Part shown: piece after piece, positions 49,895 through 63,034 of the stretch
Layout of the letters: each line of letters opens with the position of its first letter
Numbering within the stretch: the stretch's first letter is position 1
DNA from: Hormiphora californensis
Lineage: Eukaryota; Animalia; Ctenophora
Assembly: GCA_020137815.1 (NCBI GenBank)
Contig: CM035360.1
Span: 2,418,001 to 2,482,000 of the forward strand
Direction of reading: 5' to 3'
Length of the DNA stretch: 64,000 nucleotides
The notes under the pieces: generated by a model
Seen by the model: the letters and a program-made list of their open reading frames with translations, nothing else
What the model was told of the DNA's origin: nothing
Database searches by the model: none
Position numbers and translations under genes: made by a program

Positions 49895-51004
49895 TCTTTT
49901 AAATCAAACCCATTTTTATAAACTTAATGGTTCAAAAAAGCAAAATCCCTAATTTATATTTTGGGGAAAAAATTTTTTTTAAAACTTTTTCCCCTTTTCT
50001 GACCCATTTTTTTTTTTTTTTCCCAGCTTTAAAAAGAAATAAATTAAAAAGTTTTTTTAACCCCCGACCCCTAAAATTTAAATAATTTGGAAATTGGTAA
50101 CGTTTTATTTTTGGGAACACGGGTTTTTCACGGGAAATTAAAATTGGTATCCTTTTGTATCCTCGAAATTCCCCTCTGAAAGCAAAAACGCCCAAAATTG
50201 TGTAACACCAAAACCTTTAACCCTTTTTGGGGACCCCGGATACCCGATTTCCCACATGCCCAAACCGGGGGTTAGGGGAACCCAAAAATTGGAAAATTAT
50301 AAATTAAAACTTAAGGGGTTTATTTTTCTTATCCTTTTTTTCCCCTTTTTTCCCTTTCTTTCCTCTCCTTCCCCCCTTTTTTTAAAAACCCCTTTATTTT
50401 TTCCCCTTCTTCTCTCCCAAACTTCCACTTCTTCTTTCCCTTCCTTTCCCCCCTTCCCCCCCCTTTTCCTTTTTTTGGGCCCCCTTCCACCCCCTTTTTT
50501 TTTTCTTTCCCCCTTCCCCCCTTTCCCTTTTCCCCCATTCCCCCTCTTATTTCTTTTTTTTGCTTTCCTCTCTCTCTCTCTCTCTCTCCCCCTCTCTCCC
50601 CTCTCTCTCTCCTCTCTCTCCCCCCTTCCCCCTCCCCTCTCTCCCCTCCCCCTTTCCTTCTCTCTCCCCCTCTCTTTTCCTCTCTCTCTTCTCAGTCACT
50701 GCCTAAACATCTTGTCAACGTTGATTGATTTGAGTATGTTTCTGCTTGAGTATATGTCGTTAGATAGTTAGTGTGGAAGAGAGAGAGAGAGAGTGGGAGA
50801 GTGAGAGAGAGAGTGGGAGAGTGGGAGAGAGAGGGGAGAGGGAGTGAGAATGAGAGTGATGGAGATATTTCTCGCGAGATATTCAATGGTTCTTGTTCGA
50901 TTTCATATCCCTGTTACCGGTACCCTCTTGGTGACAGGATCAAGAGACAAATATGAGTCCGGGAAGAGGAGAGAAACGGTTTCCAACTGGTTGAGAGAGG
51001 GATC

Positions 51005-51055
<51 letters not shown>

Positions 51056-51363
51056 TATATATAGGTTAGTGTGAGTGTGCTCATCATATGGTTTCTGGTA
51101 TCTGTTGAAAGAGGGGCTCTTCTCCTTTGACCCACTCCCTCGCTATCTCTAAACATGTCAAGAGCTGCCCGCCATTTTCCTAAGGATTCCTTACTGCACC
51201 CACACGAATGTATATCGTGGATTGGCCCTTTTTTGTTGGCCCAACCCCTGTTTTTTACAAAGGGAACAAGGCAACCCAACCCCTAGGGTGGGGGCACAGA
51301 AGAGATAAATAGTAAATTTAGAGAGGGACCGCGAAAGAATCGAGAGAATATGTATAGTTACCT

Positions 51364-52186
51364 GGGGGGGGGGGACATGTTAATTGTTAATAAATCACCT
51401 CTTTTTTTCGATTTTGTTAATTAACGTTAATTAACAAAATTAACAAAATTAACAAATGCTAAAAGACTGTTCTTATTGGTCAATAATACGACTTTAACTG
51501 GTTTAATTTTATAGTTTAATGAATTATCTAACACATATATACCCAAACAAGGCCTTTTCCGATAGCCAAAGTCCGACATACAGGTTTTTTGGCTCAAAAT
51601 CGATAAAATTCCAAAAGTTACAAATATTTCAATTTAGCGTATAAAATCTCACTTTAACGTAATTTTTAAATTGGTAATCGATTCTTTGGACGTAATAAGA
51701 TGATGTATAACGTTTCTGTTGAAAAAAGAAATGAAATTTTCCCAAAATCAATTTTTTGGTCAAGGATTGAAAATTTGCTTCGCTACAAATCCTTGTGTTT
51801 TTTAGAAAAATTGACTTTTGGGATATTTTTCGTTTTAAGGTAAATTCATGAGTTTTATTTAGTTTTTAGGGTGCGAAAATGTGGATTAGTGTCATTTGAC
51901 TTCAATTGTGGTTTAGTTTGGCTAGTATTTATTAACATTTACAAAATGGAATAAATCGCTGTAGAAAAGCCGTAGTAGAGGTAGTAGGGGTATGTAAATC
52001 GTACAGAATGAACAAATTTGCTCGCAGAACAAGTGTTAAATACTAAAAATACGTGCTAAAGGGGATTTAGATGGCATAAATGGCATTTGTTAACGTTTGT
52101 TAACTTTTTGTTAATTTGTTAATAAATCACCTGTTTTCTCGATGTTAATATTAACAAAGTTAACAAAATTAACATGTCCCTCCCCC
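51364..52186. mobile_element. 823-bp non-autonomous TIR element with 8-bp TSD and GG..CC ends (Merlin/Mutator-like)
   Basis: Ends G-run+GACATGTTAATT / AATTAACATGTCCCTCCCCC; flanks AGTTACCT at 51356-51363 and 52187-52194; subterminal TTAACAAA repeats. Confidence 0.82.
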
Positions 52187-55164
52187 AGTTACCTCTAATT
52201 GCAATTAAAGCTATCCCCTACCGCTTGGGACCCTCCCTCCGCCCCCTCTCCACACAGGCAGGTCTATATCAGCAGAGTGATTTGGTTTAATTTACTACAT
52301 CCTACTAGATTCAATAGCTGTGTGTTACTACACATCCTACTAGATTCACAGTAACTAACACAGGTATTCTTTCTACAGAAGTCGTTTTCTTGAAACCGCT
52401 TCTTTTCACAGTGCAGTGTGTCCGCTTTTGGTGACGTAGTTCATACTTGATGCTAGGATGAGCTGCCAAAGGCGGTTCTGCCAGAGGATGAGTGAGGGTG
52501 GGGGGTCTCGTGGCTGAGGGGGCTGGGGAGGGGGATCGTGACTAGGGGGATCTTGACTATAAAGGGTAGTCGTGGGATGGCTCGTGGGAGACATTAACCG
52601 TTATTTGCCAAAGATCGTGACTGAGGGTGGCGGGATCGTGACTAAGGAGGATCCTGAGATGGCTCGTGGGAGGCATTCCCTTGAACCGTTATTTGCCAAA
52701 TTGACTGTGATGCTTTACTTCCCCAATAGTTGTTGAAGGATCACGCTTTCCCTTTGATACAAAGTCTAGGTGGTGCCGATATCAGACAGGGTTTTGTCTG
52801 ATCAATGATTGGCACTCCTTGTCTGATCATGCTGTCGTCTGGGATTGATTGGGGTCATGCATACTAACCAAACCCTCCCTCCTTTTTTGCAATTTCCCGC
52901 AACATGTATCAACACGCTGTGACTTGAGAGAAGTGGGGTTTCTCTCTCTCTCTCTCTCTCTCTCTCCTCTCCGCTCATCTCCTCTCTCTGCCTCTCCTCT
53001 GCTCCTCTCATTCCTCTCTCTCTCTCCTCGTCTCCTGCTCTCATCTCTCTCCTCCATCGTTCTCTCTGCTCATCTCCTCCTCTCCCTCTCTCTCTCTCCT
53101 CCTCACCGACTCTCCTCTCCAAGTCGCATCTCTCCACTCTCTACTCTCCTCCTCAGTTGGCTCCTCGGGGATTCAAAATATCTCCTCGCGATCTCCGGCG
53201 TCAGATGACAGCTCTCTCATCTCTCTCCCTCCTGCTTCTCTCTCGGCCGGTAAACTCGTCCTCTCTCTCTCTCTAAGTCATCTCTGTCTCATACTCCTCT
53301 TACGATGGATCTCTGAAACCTCGAGACTTCCTCGGAATCTCTCTCCGTCTCAGATAATCTCAATACCTCTCTCTCTCTTGCCCCTCTCTTCTCAGGAAGG
53401 TCTCTCATTCTCTCTCCTCTCTCGTCTCGTCCAAATCCCTAATCATGTACTCAATCGGATGATTGATCACGGCAATCATCTATTTCAACAATCAGTCTCC
53501 GGTCAGCGTCTCCGTCTCTCCGACGCTATCTCAGCGAACCGAAGAAACCAAAAGAAAAACGCTCAATACTCCTCGCGGCCAAGGATCAGCGACAGAAACT
53601 CCTCAGTTCAATCTGCCCGTCAACGATGAGCGTAACCGTCCCCTATCAGAGGTGGTATCCCTAACGGATCTCAATATCTCCGAAATACACAAGGAACTTA
53701 CAGCGTCGTCATCGTTATCTTATCAAACGCATCTCGCATGGACTCGGGGAAGAATCGGAGTGCCGCAGAGTCCGGCTCGCGGTCTAGGATCAGACTTCTA
53801 TTCAGAGCTGGCGAGGTCGAGCAAGCACCATCAGTATGCTAAAGTGGGCTACGCAGGTCGGACGCCGTCCGACTCGAAGGGAACCTTCGTACCATCGCAA
53901 TCTAAACGCTCTGCACCCGGCGCACATATAGCGAACTCATCGAGTACATCCGAAGGGGGAAATCGCTCATCTCGAGAGGTATCTGGTAAGTGAAGAAAAC
54001 TTCCGATCTCTCCTATGACTCACGGGAGCGCAGAGCACGAGGCGGCGTGATCTTCCACTCCAAACTATCACGAGGGTCTCTACTCGACGGCGCGCTCGCC
54101 TCCCTACTCACCGACTCGTGATCCTCGGTCACTCCCCTGCTAACAGGTCTCATGGCGGTCTGCTCCTCGATAGGGGGTTCACCGTGTCATCATCTCGTAG
54201 TTACGGCACGGGTCTCGCGGGACTTTTAGAGCGCGTGGTCTCTTCGATCGCAAGCAGACAGATCCCACCCTCTATCCCAATTCAGATCGTGCCTTCTCTA
54301 ACAACGCTAAACTCGTGCTGATCAGCGGTCCGGGGCTCTCAGGTGGAGGCTTCTCCAGGGAGGCAGATCACGGAGCGATACATTTCTCTGAGTAAGGCGG
54401 GGAAGGAGTTCAAGCAATCCTCGGCGCAGAAATCCGGGCTCCGGAAAGTGCCTCTGTTACATGTAGTCGATCCCCCGCTCTCCTCCTCTCTCTCTCCTCT
54501 CTCTTTCCGTGTCCACTGCAACTGGTCCCTCTGTCACCTCTATCTCCACTTCCGCACAACGTTATTTGAGGAATGAGGTCTGTCAATATTACGTATCGAA
54601 GGGTTCAAGCTCCATCTCAATTTCCTTGAATTGTAATTACACGAGAGAGGTGGAGGTGATCATTTTCTAGCTACTGTACTTCCCTACCAGTCTGCTTGGT
54701 ACTTCCTGCCCCACTTAAATTAGGTCTCAGTTAATTAGGTGCCCCACTATACTGATTGACATGTGTGACGTGTCCGGTCCCACCCTACAGTCCCACACGT
54801 AATGAGCATCTAGGTAACTCTGCGTGTTAGACCTCATGATCTAGGTAGACCCTATAACACGTAATGAGGATGTAGACCGGACACGTAATGATTGGGTGTG
54901 GGTGTGATACCCCGCCTCTAATTAAATGAGGTTCAGTTAGCATCATTTGCTGGTTTTAAGGGGCTCGGTGCCTCACTATTGTAATTGCATGCTCCCCTTC
55001 TCTGTGTGTTTATAGTTCTCTCTCTCACCCTCTCTCTGTGTTTATAGTTCTCTCTCACTCCCTCTCTCTCCCTCCATCTCTCTCCTAAGGCTCCCTGCTA
55101 GCTCCCGTTATAATTAGGATACCCTGAGGCATCCATATCCCCCCTCTTTCAGTGTACATGGGGA

Positions 55165-55390
55165 GGAAGCCAATAAGGGTCTATTATCCACCCCACGTGA
55201 CCACTGAACAACCAATCACGGGCTATTATCCAGCCCACGTGACCTATCTGAGCCACCCCTCCCCACGTGGTACCATGTGATATTTCCCTAGGTCTATTGC
55301 AGCAGACCCATTAGATCCCCCCTCCATTGCTCGAAATAGCACGTGACTGGACCACGTGAGTGCCCCACAGCGCGGTACAATATAAACGCC
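55165..55390 (+). promoter_or_regulatory. Candidate Pol II promoter of the Sox gene
   Basis: CCAAT boxes (~55170, ~55212), five CACGTG E-boxes and TATAAA at 55381-55386, upstream of the splice acceptor that precedes the Sox ATG. Confidence 0.5.
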
Positions 55391-55454
55391 TCCTCCACTC
55401 TCCCCTCATGTCCCGCCGCCGCCACTAGCACCCTCTCTCTCTTCCTCTAACTGT

Positions 55455-55505
<51 letters not shown>

Positions 55506-56978
55506 CTCTCTCTGGCTCGGTTATATTCCTTGCTAATCTCTCATTTACCATATGTTAGCAAACTGTTCTCTCCCTCTCTTGCTTAGTTCAGTAACTCTTT
55601 CTTTCTCACACTCTCTCACTCTATCTCTCTCACTCACCCTCTCTATCTCTCTCACTTTCTCACTCTCAGTCCCTCTCTCTCTCTATCTCTCTCAGTCAGT
55701 CCCTCACTCTTTCTACTTCCACATTCGCTCTTTTTTCGCGTATTATAGCTGTGCATACATCTTGTACTGCAGCAGTAGCTACTACATGATTTGTATTTGG
55801 TTTTGATTTGTATTTTATAGTTTTGATATAGTTGCAACCTTGATAGTTGGATTTTGTCACCTTGTCAATGATGTAATAATCTCTCTAGTAAACTCATCAT
55901 TTCGTCACCTTGTAAACTTGTTTCGTCAGAGAGGCAGTGTCCCTAGCAGCATGATACTTTTGATATGACTCACCCGCTGATCTATTATAATAGTGATCTC
56001 TCTCCCCTCTCTCTACTGTTATAATAGTGATCTCTCTCCCCTCTCTCTACTGTTAGTGACCTGCTCCCCGTTTATCATGGTGAACCCTAAACTGCACCCT
56101 TCTCTAGACGTAATAATCTCTCCATGATCTATCTAAACGTGATCTATCTAATCCTTCCCTCTCTAGTGATCTATATCAGATATCTGTGATCGTTATATTA
56201 TGATCCGACTATTTTAACATGCACACAGTGACCAATCTGTCCTGCTGCCGTCTGCAGTAGTAACAGCAGCTGTTCTCTATGTGGGAGCCTCCACTCTCGT
56301 GCTGACATTAGGTCATTCAATGTGCTACAGTAGATCTAATTTCTCTATCTGTCTCCCTCTCTTTTACTATCTCTCACCAGCTCCCTCTCTCTCTGTCTCC
56401 ATGCCCTTCTCCAATTGAAATGTGACCAATGATGTTTCTTCAGACATTACTTATTAGCATTCAGACATTACTTATTAGCATTCAAACTCTGCTGCATAGT
56501 TAAGTAGAATATATATTCGGCTTTGCACAATCCGATTTGTCTATAACCATTTCTATATGATTTGTCTAACTCCCATCTTGTATCTATCTCTGTCTCACTC
56601 TCTCCCTCCCTCTCTCCCTCCCTCTCTTTAATCTCTCACCAGCTTTCAGTCTATCTCTCTCTCTCCGCTTATTATAATACCACGTCTCACAAGTGCACCA
56701 TATTGAACCATATTATAACTGTACTGCATGTTTCTACGTTGGTTGATTGATTACAATCTCTCTTTTTCTCTCCCTTACCTGTTCCCTATATCTCTCCTGC
56801 GTTCTAGTTCCTACCTCGGTCTCACTCACTCCCCCTGCGATTATATCTCTCTGCTCAATTATTTTCGATCCTATCTCTCTCTGTGCAAATAGGTGGGGCC
56901 GGATCAGTATCATATCTACTTGAAATGATATCCCTGAAAAATCTCATGTTCTCTAACTTATGTAATCCAATCTACTCT

Positions 56979-57034
<56 letters not shown>

Positions 57035-57648
57035 CCTGACTGGTAGTTGTCCTCGGTTGCCCATACAAGTTACTACAACACGCCTAATTTTCTCCCTTCA
57101 GACTCTTAGTAACTATTCGCTTTTCGTCTTTCTCTCTCCCTTCCTCTCTCCCTTCCTCTCTCCCAATTGAACATGTATTTTTTCTCCCTTGCTTCCTATT
57201 TTTTATTTCCCTTACTTCTCCCTTTTAGTCTTCTCCCTTTGAACTTTATACCTCTTTGTCATAAACCCTCTTAAATCATTTTGACTGACTCCCTGTAATT
57301 CCACCTTCAGTTCAGCGCTCTTTTTTCAAAGCCTCTCTCCCTCCCTCTCTCTCTGAATATCGTTCTGAACAAATGCCAATCGGTGTTGGGTTATCGTTCT
57401 GAACAACAGTGTATTCAAAGATGTTGGTGCTCTGTCTCTCTCTGAATATCGAGATCTGAACACAGCACCTTAGAAAACAGATTGTTTTTCTCAGCCCAGA
57501 GTGACCACTATAATTTCTCTACTCTCTCTCCACCTTGGCTGTGCGCCCAGCTCCTTTTCATTGTCATGGTACTACCATATTAGGAATTATAGGGATGCTA
57601 GAATATTAAGGGATAAATACCCTTATCTCTCTAGTCTCTCTCTCTTTC

Positions 57649-57708
<60 letters not shown>

Positions 57709-58021
57709 TCTTTCTCATTGCCATAATCATTATTCTCGATTCGTACCCCTGTGGTCCTCTAGATCTTCTAGTTCGATTATCTCTCTCTATCTTGCTTGTC
57801 TGATCCCTCACACGATGGTGGTTTGTACCCCCCCCCCCCCCCCCCCCCGTTTGTACTGGTAGGTTCTGGAGCCTGTGATATCTCTACCACCACTAATTTG
57901 ACATTAATATGTTGATTTAGCGGCCACTATGTACCAATAATTGTAGCCCCAAATCTAACCCACTGTATGTTTGTTGAGTTTGCTATCTTGTTTACTAACC
58001 CTCCCTCCTCCTCCTATAGCG

Positions 58022-59605
58022 ATGACAACTACACCATCACCCCCAACACCACCACCCTCAGTAACAGACTCCTCCTCTTCCTCCTGTGATGAAGCCTGCT
58101 CTGACAGTTCAATCCCTATCACCACGAGACCTGTAGAAGAGACACGACTCGATAACCATATAAGGGTGGCAGCTGACTACGCCCAGAAGCGACCCGATGG
58201 TCACATCAAGCGACCCATGAACGCCTTCATGGTCTGGAGCCAGATCCAGCGAGCTAAGATCGTGAAGGAACAACCCAACAAGCACAATGCAGCCATTAGT
58301 AAACAACTAGGTAGCGAGTGGAAGATGTTAAGTGATGAGGCGAGGCTACCCTACATTCACGAGAGCCAGAGGTTGAAGCGGATCCATAAACAACAGTACC
58401 CTGATTACAAGTACAGACCCAGGAAGCGGGGCAAGGGAGCCACCACCACTACCACTACTACTGGGACGGCTAAGGAGAACACAGCCCCTTCTGTCCAAGT
58501 TAATGTGACTAGGAAGGAGCCTGTCCAACTGCCACCCCGATCCACCACACCGGATATCCACAATCCTAAATCCACACCCCGACACCAAGCCGTGATTGTT
58601 AGGGAACAGCGCTCTGCCTCCTCCTATACCGTCCCCTTCATTAAGAGGAAACGAACACTCAAAATAGAGAGGGTCACTGAAGAGGCAGCTGGGAGATTCG
58701 AGTTTTCTGAGCCTTCTGTCAAGAAGAGGCCTGCCTCTGTGAAACGGTGAGTTTTGTTTTTTTTCTGTTTCATGTCCCCCAATCACATTGGTGATATGTG
58801 ACCGTCTAGGATCTAGACGTGGTTAGAGATAATGAATTATCTTCCGTGATACCAGAGACGATATATTTTTCAAATATTTTACAGCCTCTTACCCCTTCAA
58901 CCACACCACTAACCTTCTCTACTAACCACCCCACCAACCCTCTCTACTAACCACCCAACTAACCCTCTCTACTAACCACACCACTAACCCTCTCTACTAA
59001 CCACCCACTAACCCCCTCTACTAACCACCCAACTAACCCCCACCTCGTCCCCACTGACCCTCTACTAATTACTGACCCCAACCTCGTCCCCCAGGTTTGT
59101 AGCAGTACAATTGGATTCCTCAAAGAGCACCACCGGTCAGGGTGGAGTGAAACGGTTCAGAATCCTAACAACAACCACCTCAAATAACACCACAACAAAC
59201 CTGTTTACCGCCCAGAAACAACCCTTTACCCTAACTCCCCCAACCACCCTCGCTCTCTCCTCATCGCCAACCAGCCAACCTTCTAAACGACCCCGGTTAG
59301 TCGACTGCTCCCCAGCCCTCCCTCACGAGAGGGAGATCATTAAAGAGCTGAGAGGTGGAGGGTACCTGAGTCAGACTTGTGGGGGAAGTGCGGTGATACA
59401 GAAGAGTGAAGATATCCTGGACCACAGTTCAAAGGACATAGTTCAGCTGGACAATCTTTATTTTGACAGTCACACGGACTATTTTTCGGGAAGTTTAAAT
59501 GAGAAAGATTTGTCGTTATCGGATTATACGACAGATGAAGTGTGGAATTTAATACGAGTAGAGGCACCCTTTACGACAACAGCCTTAACGTGTTGTTCGT
59601 GCTAG
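58022..59605 (+). CDS. SoxC: SoxC-group HMG-box transcription factor; two coding exons (58022-58746, 59095-59605)
   Basis: HMG box [45 protein letters not shown]; C-terminal [11 protein letters not shown] resembles the SoxC transactivation motif DYCTPEVSEMI; phase-2 GT-AG intron 58747-59094. Confidence 0.9.
58905..59070 (+). repeat. Intronic tandem repeat (~25 bp) rich in ACTAAC
   Basis: CCACTAACCCTCTCTACTAACCAC repeated 5-6 times directly upstream of the acceptor at 59093-59094. Confidence 0.88.
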
Positions 59606-60654
59606 GGTAGTAGTGTTTTTATGGTTTTTAGATGTTTTTAATAGACCCCCCTCCCTCTTCTTGCCCCCTCCCACGGATAGTTTTTGTTACCCAGCTAGAT
59701 TCTTGTTGATCAAGACAACCCTACCATGCCAACCATGTATTATACTCAGATACCTCATCCTTTTTTTCTATCTTTCTTGGAGAATATTATAGTCAGTTTG
59801 GTCCATGATTCAACATGGAGGGAGGAGGAATTTGTGCGAGCGTGGATAGCCTACCAAATCAAATCACACACACGCCCCTTCGGGGTCAGTTCAGCCCACC
59901 ACCGTTCATCTTACAAAGATAGAGGGGAGATGAGGAAGAGAGAGAGACGAGAGATGAGAGAGAGAGAGAGAGACTGGAGAGAGAGAGTGAGAGAGGAGAG
60001 AGAGAGAGAGAAGACGATGACGAGGAGGCTAGACGAGAGATGAGAGAGAGAGACGAGAGGAGATGAGATCGAGTAGAGAGAAGCTAGACTCATACGGGTA
60101 GTGTAAACCTCATCACGATCCCCCATGATATATATTGTCTTAAGATTGGGTGTAGAAACTCATTAGAGATGTAATGAACATTCGTGAATGAACCTCACAC
60201 CAGAGGGAGAGAAGTGGTCTAGTAATCATGTAATCTGGCATACTTTGCATAGATCAACTCTACATTTTATACTTTGAATAGCCTAGATTAGGTGAAGTGA
60301 AAGTAGACAGCAACCGAAACACCAACGTGGCAGTGATCAATACCCTTGACATCACCAGATGAGAGGGAGGGGGTCGTCTCAACATCATTGAAGCCCTCAA
60401 CGGAGAAAGGTTTAGGGCCCGGTAGTCTACAGACTTTCTCACACCCAATTGAAACCCTCACAATTTCCCTGTACTTTCCTAGGTGTTGTCTCTAATTTAA
60501 TGATGAAACTTCTGTAATCTAATGATGATGAAACTTGATATTGTAATAAAACCCTCGTGGAGAGTATTCAATTAATTAACCGATTACAATTTTACAACTC
60601 CACCCTTCTGGCTTCTTCCGACTTCAATTTGGGGAAATTCCCAACTTTCTAGGG

Positions 60655-60832
60655 GAATCAGGTAGAAAACTAAAAAGCCGGCAGCGTTTTCTACAACTTG
60701 TAGAACACGCTGCCGGCCTTTTAGTTTCTACCTGATTCATAAGTCATGATATTCCATTAATACATAATTACGATCACTGATTTGTTCTTCCCCCTTACTC
60801 AACAATTACTGATGGAATATATCATGACTTAT
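60655..60832. repeat. Two adjacent long inverted repeats (60655-60738 and 60739-60832)
   Basis: First: GAATCAGGTAGAAAACTAAAAAGCCGGCAGCG..CGCTGCCGGCCTTTTAGTTTCTACCTGATTC. Second: ATAAGTCATGATATTCCAT..ATGGAATATATCATGACTTAT. Confidence 0.85.
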
Positions 60833-61180
60833 CTTGCTGCCCCGCTCCCCCTTACTTGGCCCTCTCTCGCCGTGTCTCGGTTGTAAAGCCATGTATGTTC
60901 CTACTCTTCCTAGCCTTTAGACCGTGGGAACAATACTAAAGGCCACTTATCAATCATACACATTAGTGATCACCAATCGTTTACTGTTTACAGTGATAAT
61001 CGATAGACCTAATGATACCCCCTGTAAAATCCCATGGGCTCTCTCTCCCCCCTCTCTCTCTCTCTCCCAGGCTTTCTCGTCTCCCCTTCACACGAGCTGC
61101 TGCAGGGGGGTAATTGGAATATTTACCCCGCTTTATTACCCCTCAGGCACTCAGACTCTTCTCTCTTCTCCCATCTATAA

Positions 61181-61392
61181 CTCTCTAGCATGTCACGTGT
61201 CTCTTCTCTCTCTACTCTCTAGCATGTCACGTGACTCTTCTCTCACTCTCTAGCATGTCACGTGTCTCCTCTCTCTCTCTCTTTCTAGTATGTCACGTGT
61301 CTCTTCTCTCTCTCTTTCCAGCACGTGGCATCAGAACACACGTGACTTGTAGCACGTGCTACAAGTCACGTGACTAGAGATATATCACGTGG
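61181..61392. repeat. E-box (CACGTG)-rich tandem repeat and 34-bp perfect palindrome
   Basis: Four CTCTAGCATGTCACGTG(T/A)CTC units; palindrome CACGTGACTTGTAGCACGTGCTACAAGTCACGTG at 61339-61372; nine CACGTG in ~200 bp. Confidence 0.85.
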
Positions 61393-62991
61393 TGTATTGA
61401 ATTGTAGTAGTATTGCAGGGTGATTGAAGCTGCGGCTCTTTAATTTACAGTTTACACCCCCTGTTTAACAAGGTTTCGGGCGCATTATTATTAATGAAAC
61501 AGACAAATGCAGGGAAGGAGGTGGGTAGGGGCGAGGCCAGGTGAAATTACTGCCGCAAATTGACTTGAACTAGACATCCATTACAGCCCTTCTTCCCCCA
61601 ATTTCAGATACAAAATATATTGTGGCTCCTCCTCCAACAGGGCTAAAGACTGAATAGGTCAAATTGGAAGAGATGCCTCCTTTATTGTTTATGGGCCCCC
61701 TCTTTTCAATTCTACAAATGCGATCATTTAAAAGCTCTCTCTCTCTCCATTTGTTCTCTCGGTCTCCCTCTCTTTCACAAACCACTGATCTACCTCGCCC
61801 CCTGTTGTAACAATTGGGACCCGAATAAGAGGGGGGGGGGGCTGTAAATAATCCTCTACGCAATCAGTCCCACACAGGTTCAATGAGGTCCAAATGGTAT
61901 TGTGTTATTGCAGCTCTCTCCCTCTCTCTCACTCTCTCACTCTCTCACTCACTCTCTCTCTCACTCTCTCCCCCTCTCCCCCTCCCCGTCACTTACTCAA
62001 TCTCTTTATCATCAAATTCAATGTCATCAACCCCCCTCAATTTGACCCAAAGGGGAGACATGTGATCTTAAAATGGTTGCTGCACCTGTTGCATGCGGCA
62101 GCTGCTGTACTGTAATTTCAGACACTCTTACAATTGTACACTGACAAAATCCTGACAAAATATAGCGAAACTCTGGTGGATTTGTTCACAAAGAAGAGTG
62201 TGAACTTCACAACTCTTCTTCGTAATACTAATGTAGAGAATAATAGGGTTGAATCATTATCACGGAGGGATCATCTATTCTGATCCATTCATTGGAAATG
62301 GAACATTGTGTTCTGAAACCTCAACAAGGGTGGTTTTTCTCCCGGGAAGGTGTAAGGTGTAAAGTGTTTGACCCTGAGGGTCCCACGTGCGTGTAGCATG
62401 ATGTAGTAAGAGTTGAAAGAGAGGGGAAGGAAGAGAGCTGAGAGACCTTGACTGCCCCCCCCCCCTCCTCTACTCAACAACTACATACATAACCCCAAGA
62501 TCTGCTACTTCCCCGCTCGAATGATATTGAGAATAGAAGCTACCTCAACTCTCAATTTTACCAAATCCGAACCCGTACCTGTACTTGTAGCGAGCCCGTT
62601 GAATTGGCTTGGTGGCCAGGTAGGACGAAACATGAATCCCTCCACTCTCAATCTTGGCCATCTTGTGGACTCTAGATCGCCGGGACAGGCCCAATAGGGA
62701 ACTGGAATCTGGGGACGGTGATCTTGATTTGGTTCCACTTGCAAACCTTGCACCGTCCACTATGGACCTGAAGTGAGGAGAGAGGGGTTAGTGGAGAGAC
62801 CGGTTTGTGGAGAGAGGGGTGGAGGGGTCAGTGGAGAGAGGTGGAGGGGTCAGTGGAGAGAGAGGGGTCAGTGGAGAGAGAGAGGGGTCAGTGGAGAGAG
62901 GGGTCAGTGGAGAGAGAGAGGGGTCAGTGCCCGATGTAATGTAGTAATGGGGGGGGTCGAAAAAAAGAAAAAGGATTTGCCCCCTCCGGGT

Positions 62992-63034
<43 letters not shown>

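Noticed and set aside
49890-50690. Homopolymer-rich ORFs, also at 62940-63430
   Set aside because: Inflated homopolymer runs typical of low-quality reads.
52940-54500. 176-aa ORF at 53463-53993 and CpG-rich neighbouring sequence
   Set aside because: Grades out of a garbled (CT)n tract, has atypical composition and no motif; probably poor-quality sequence.
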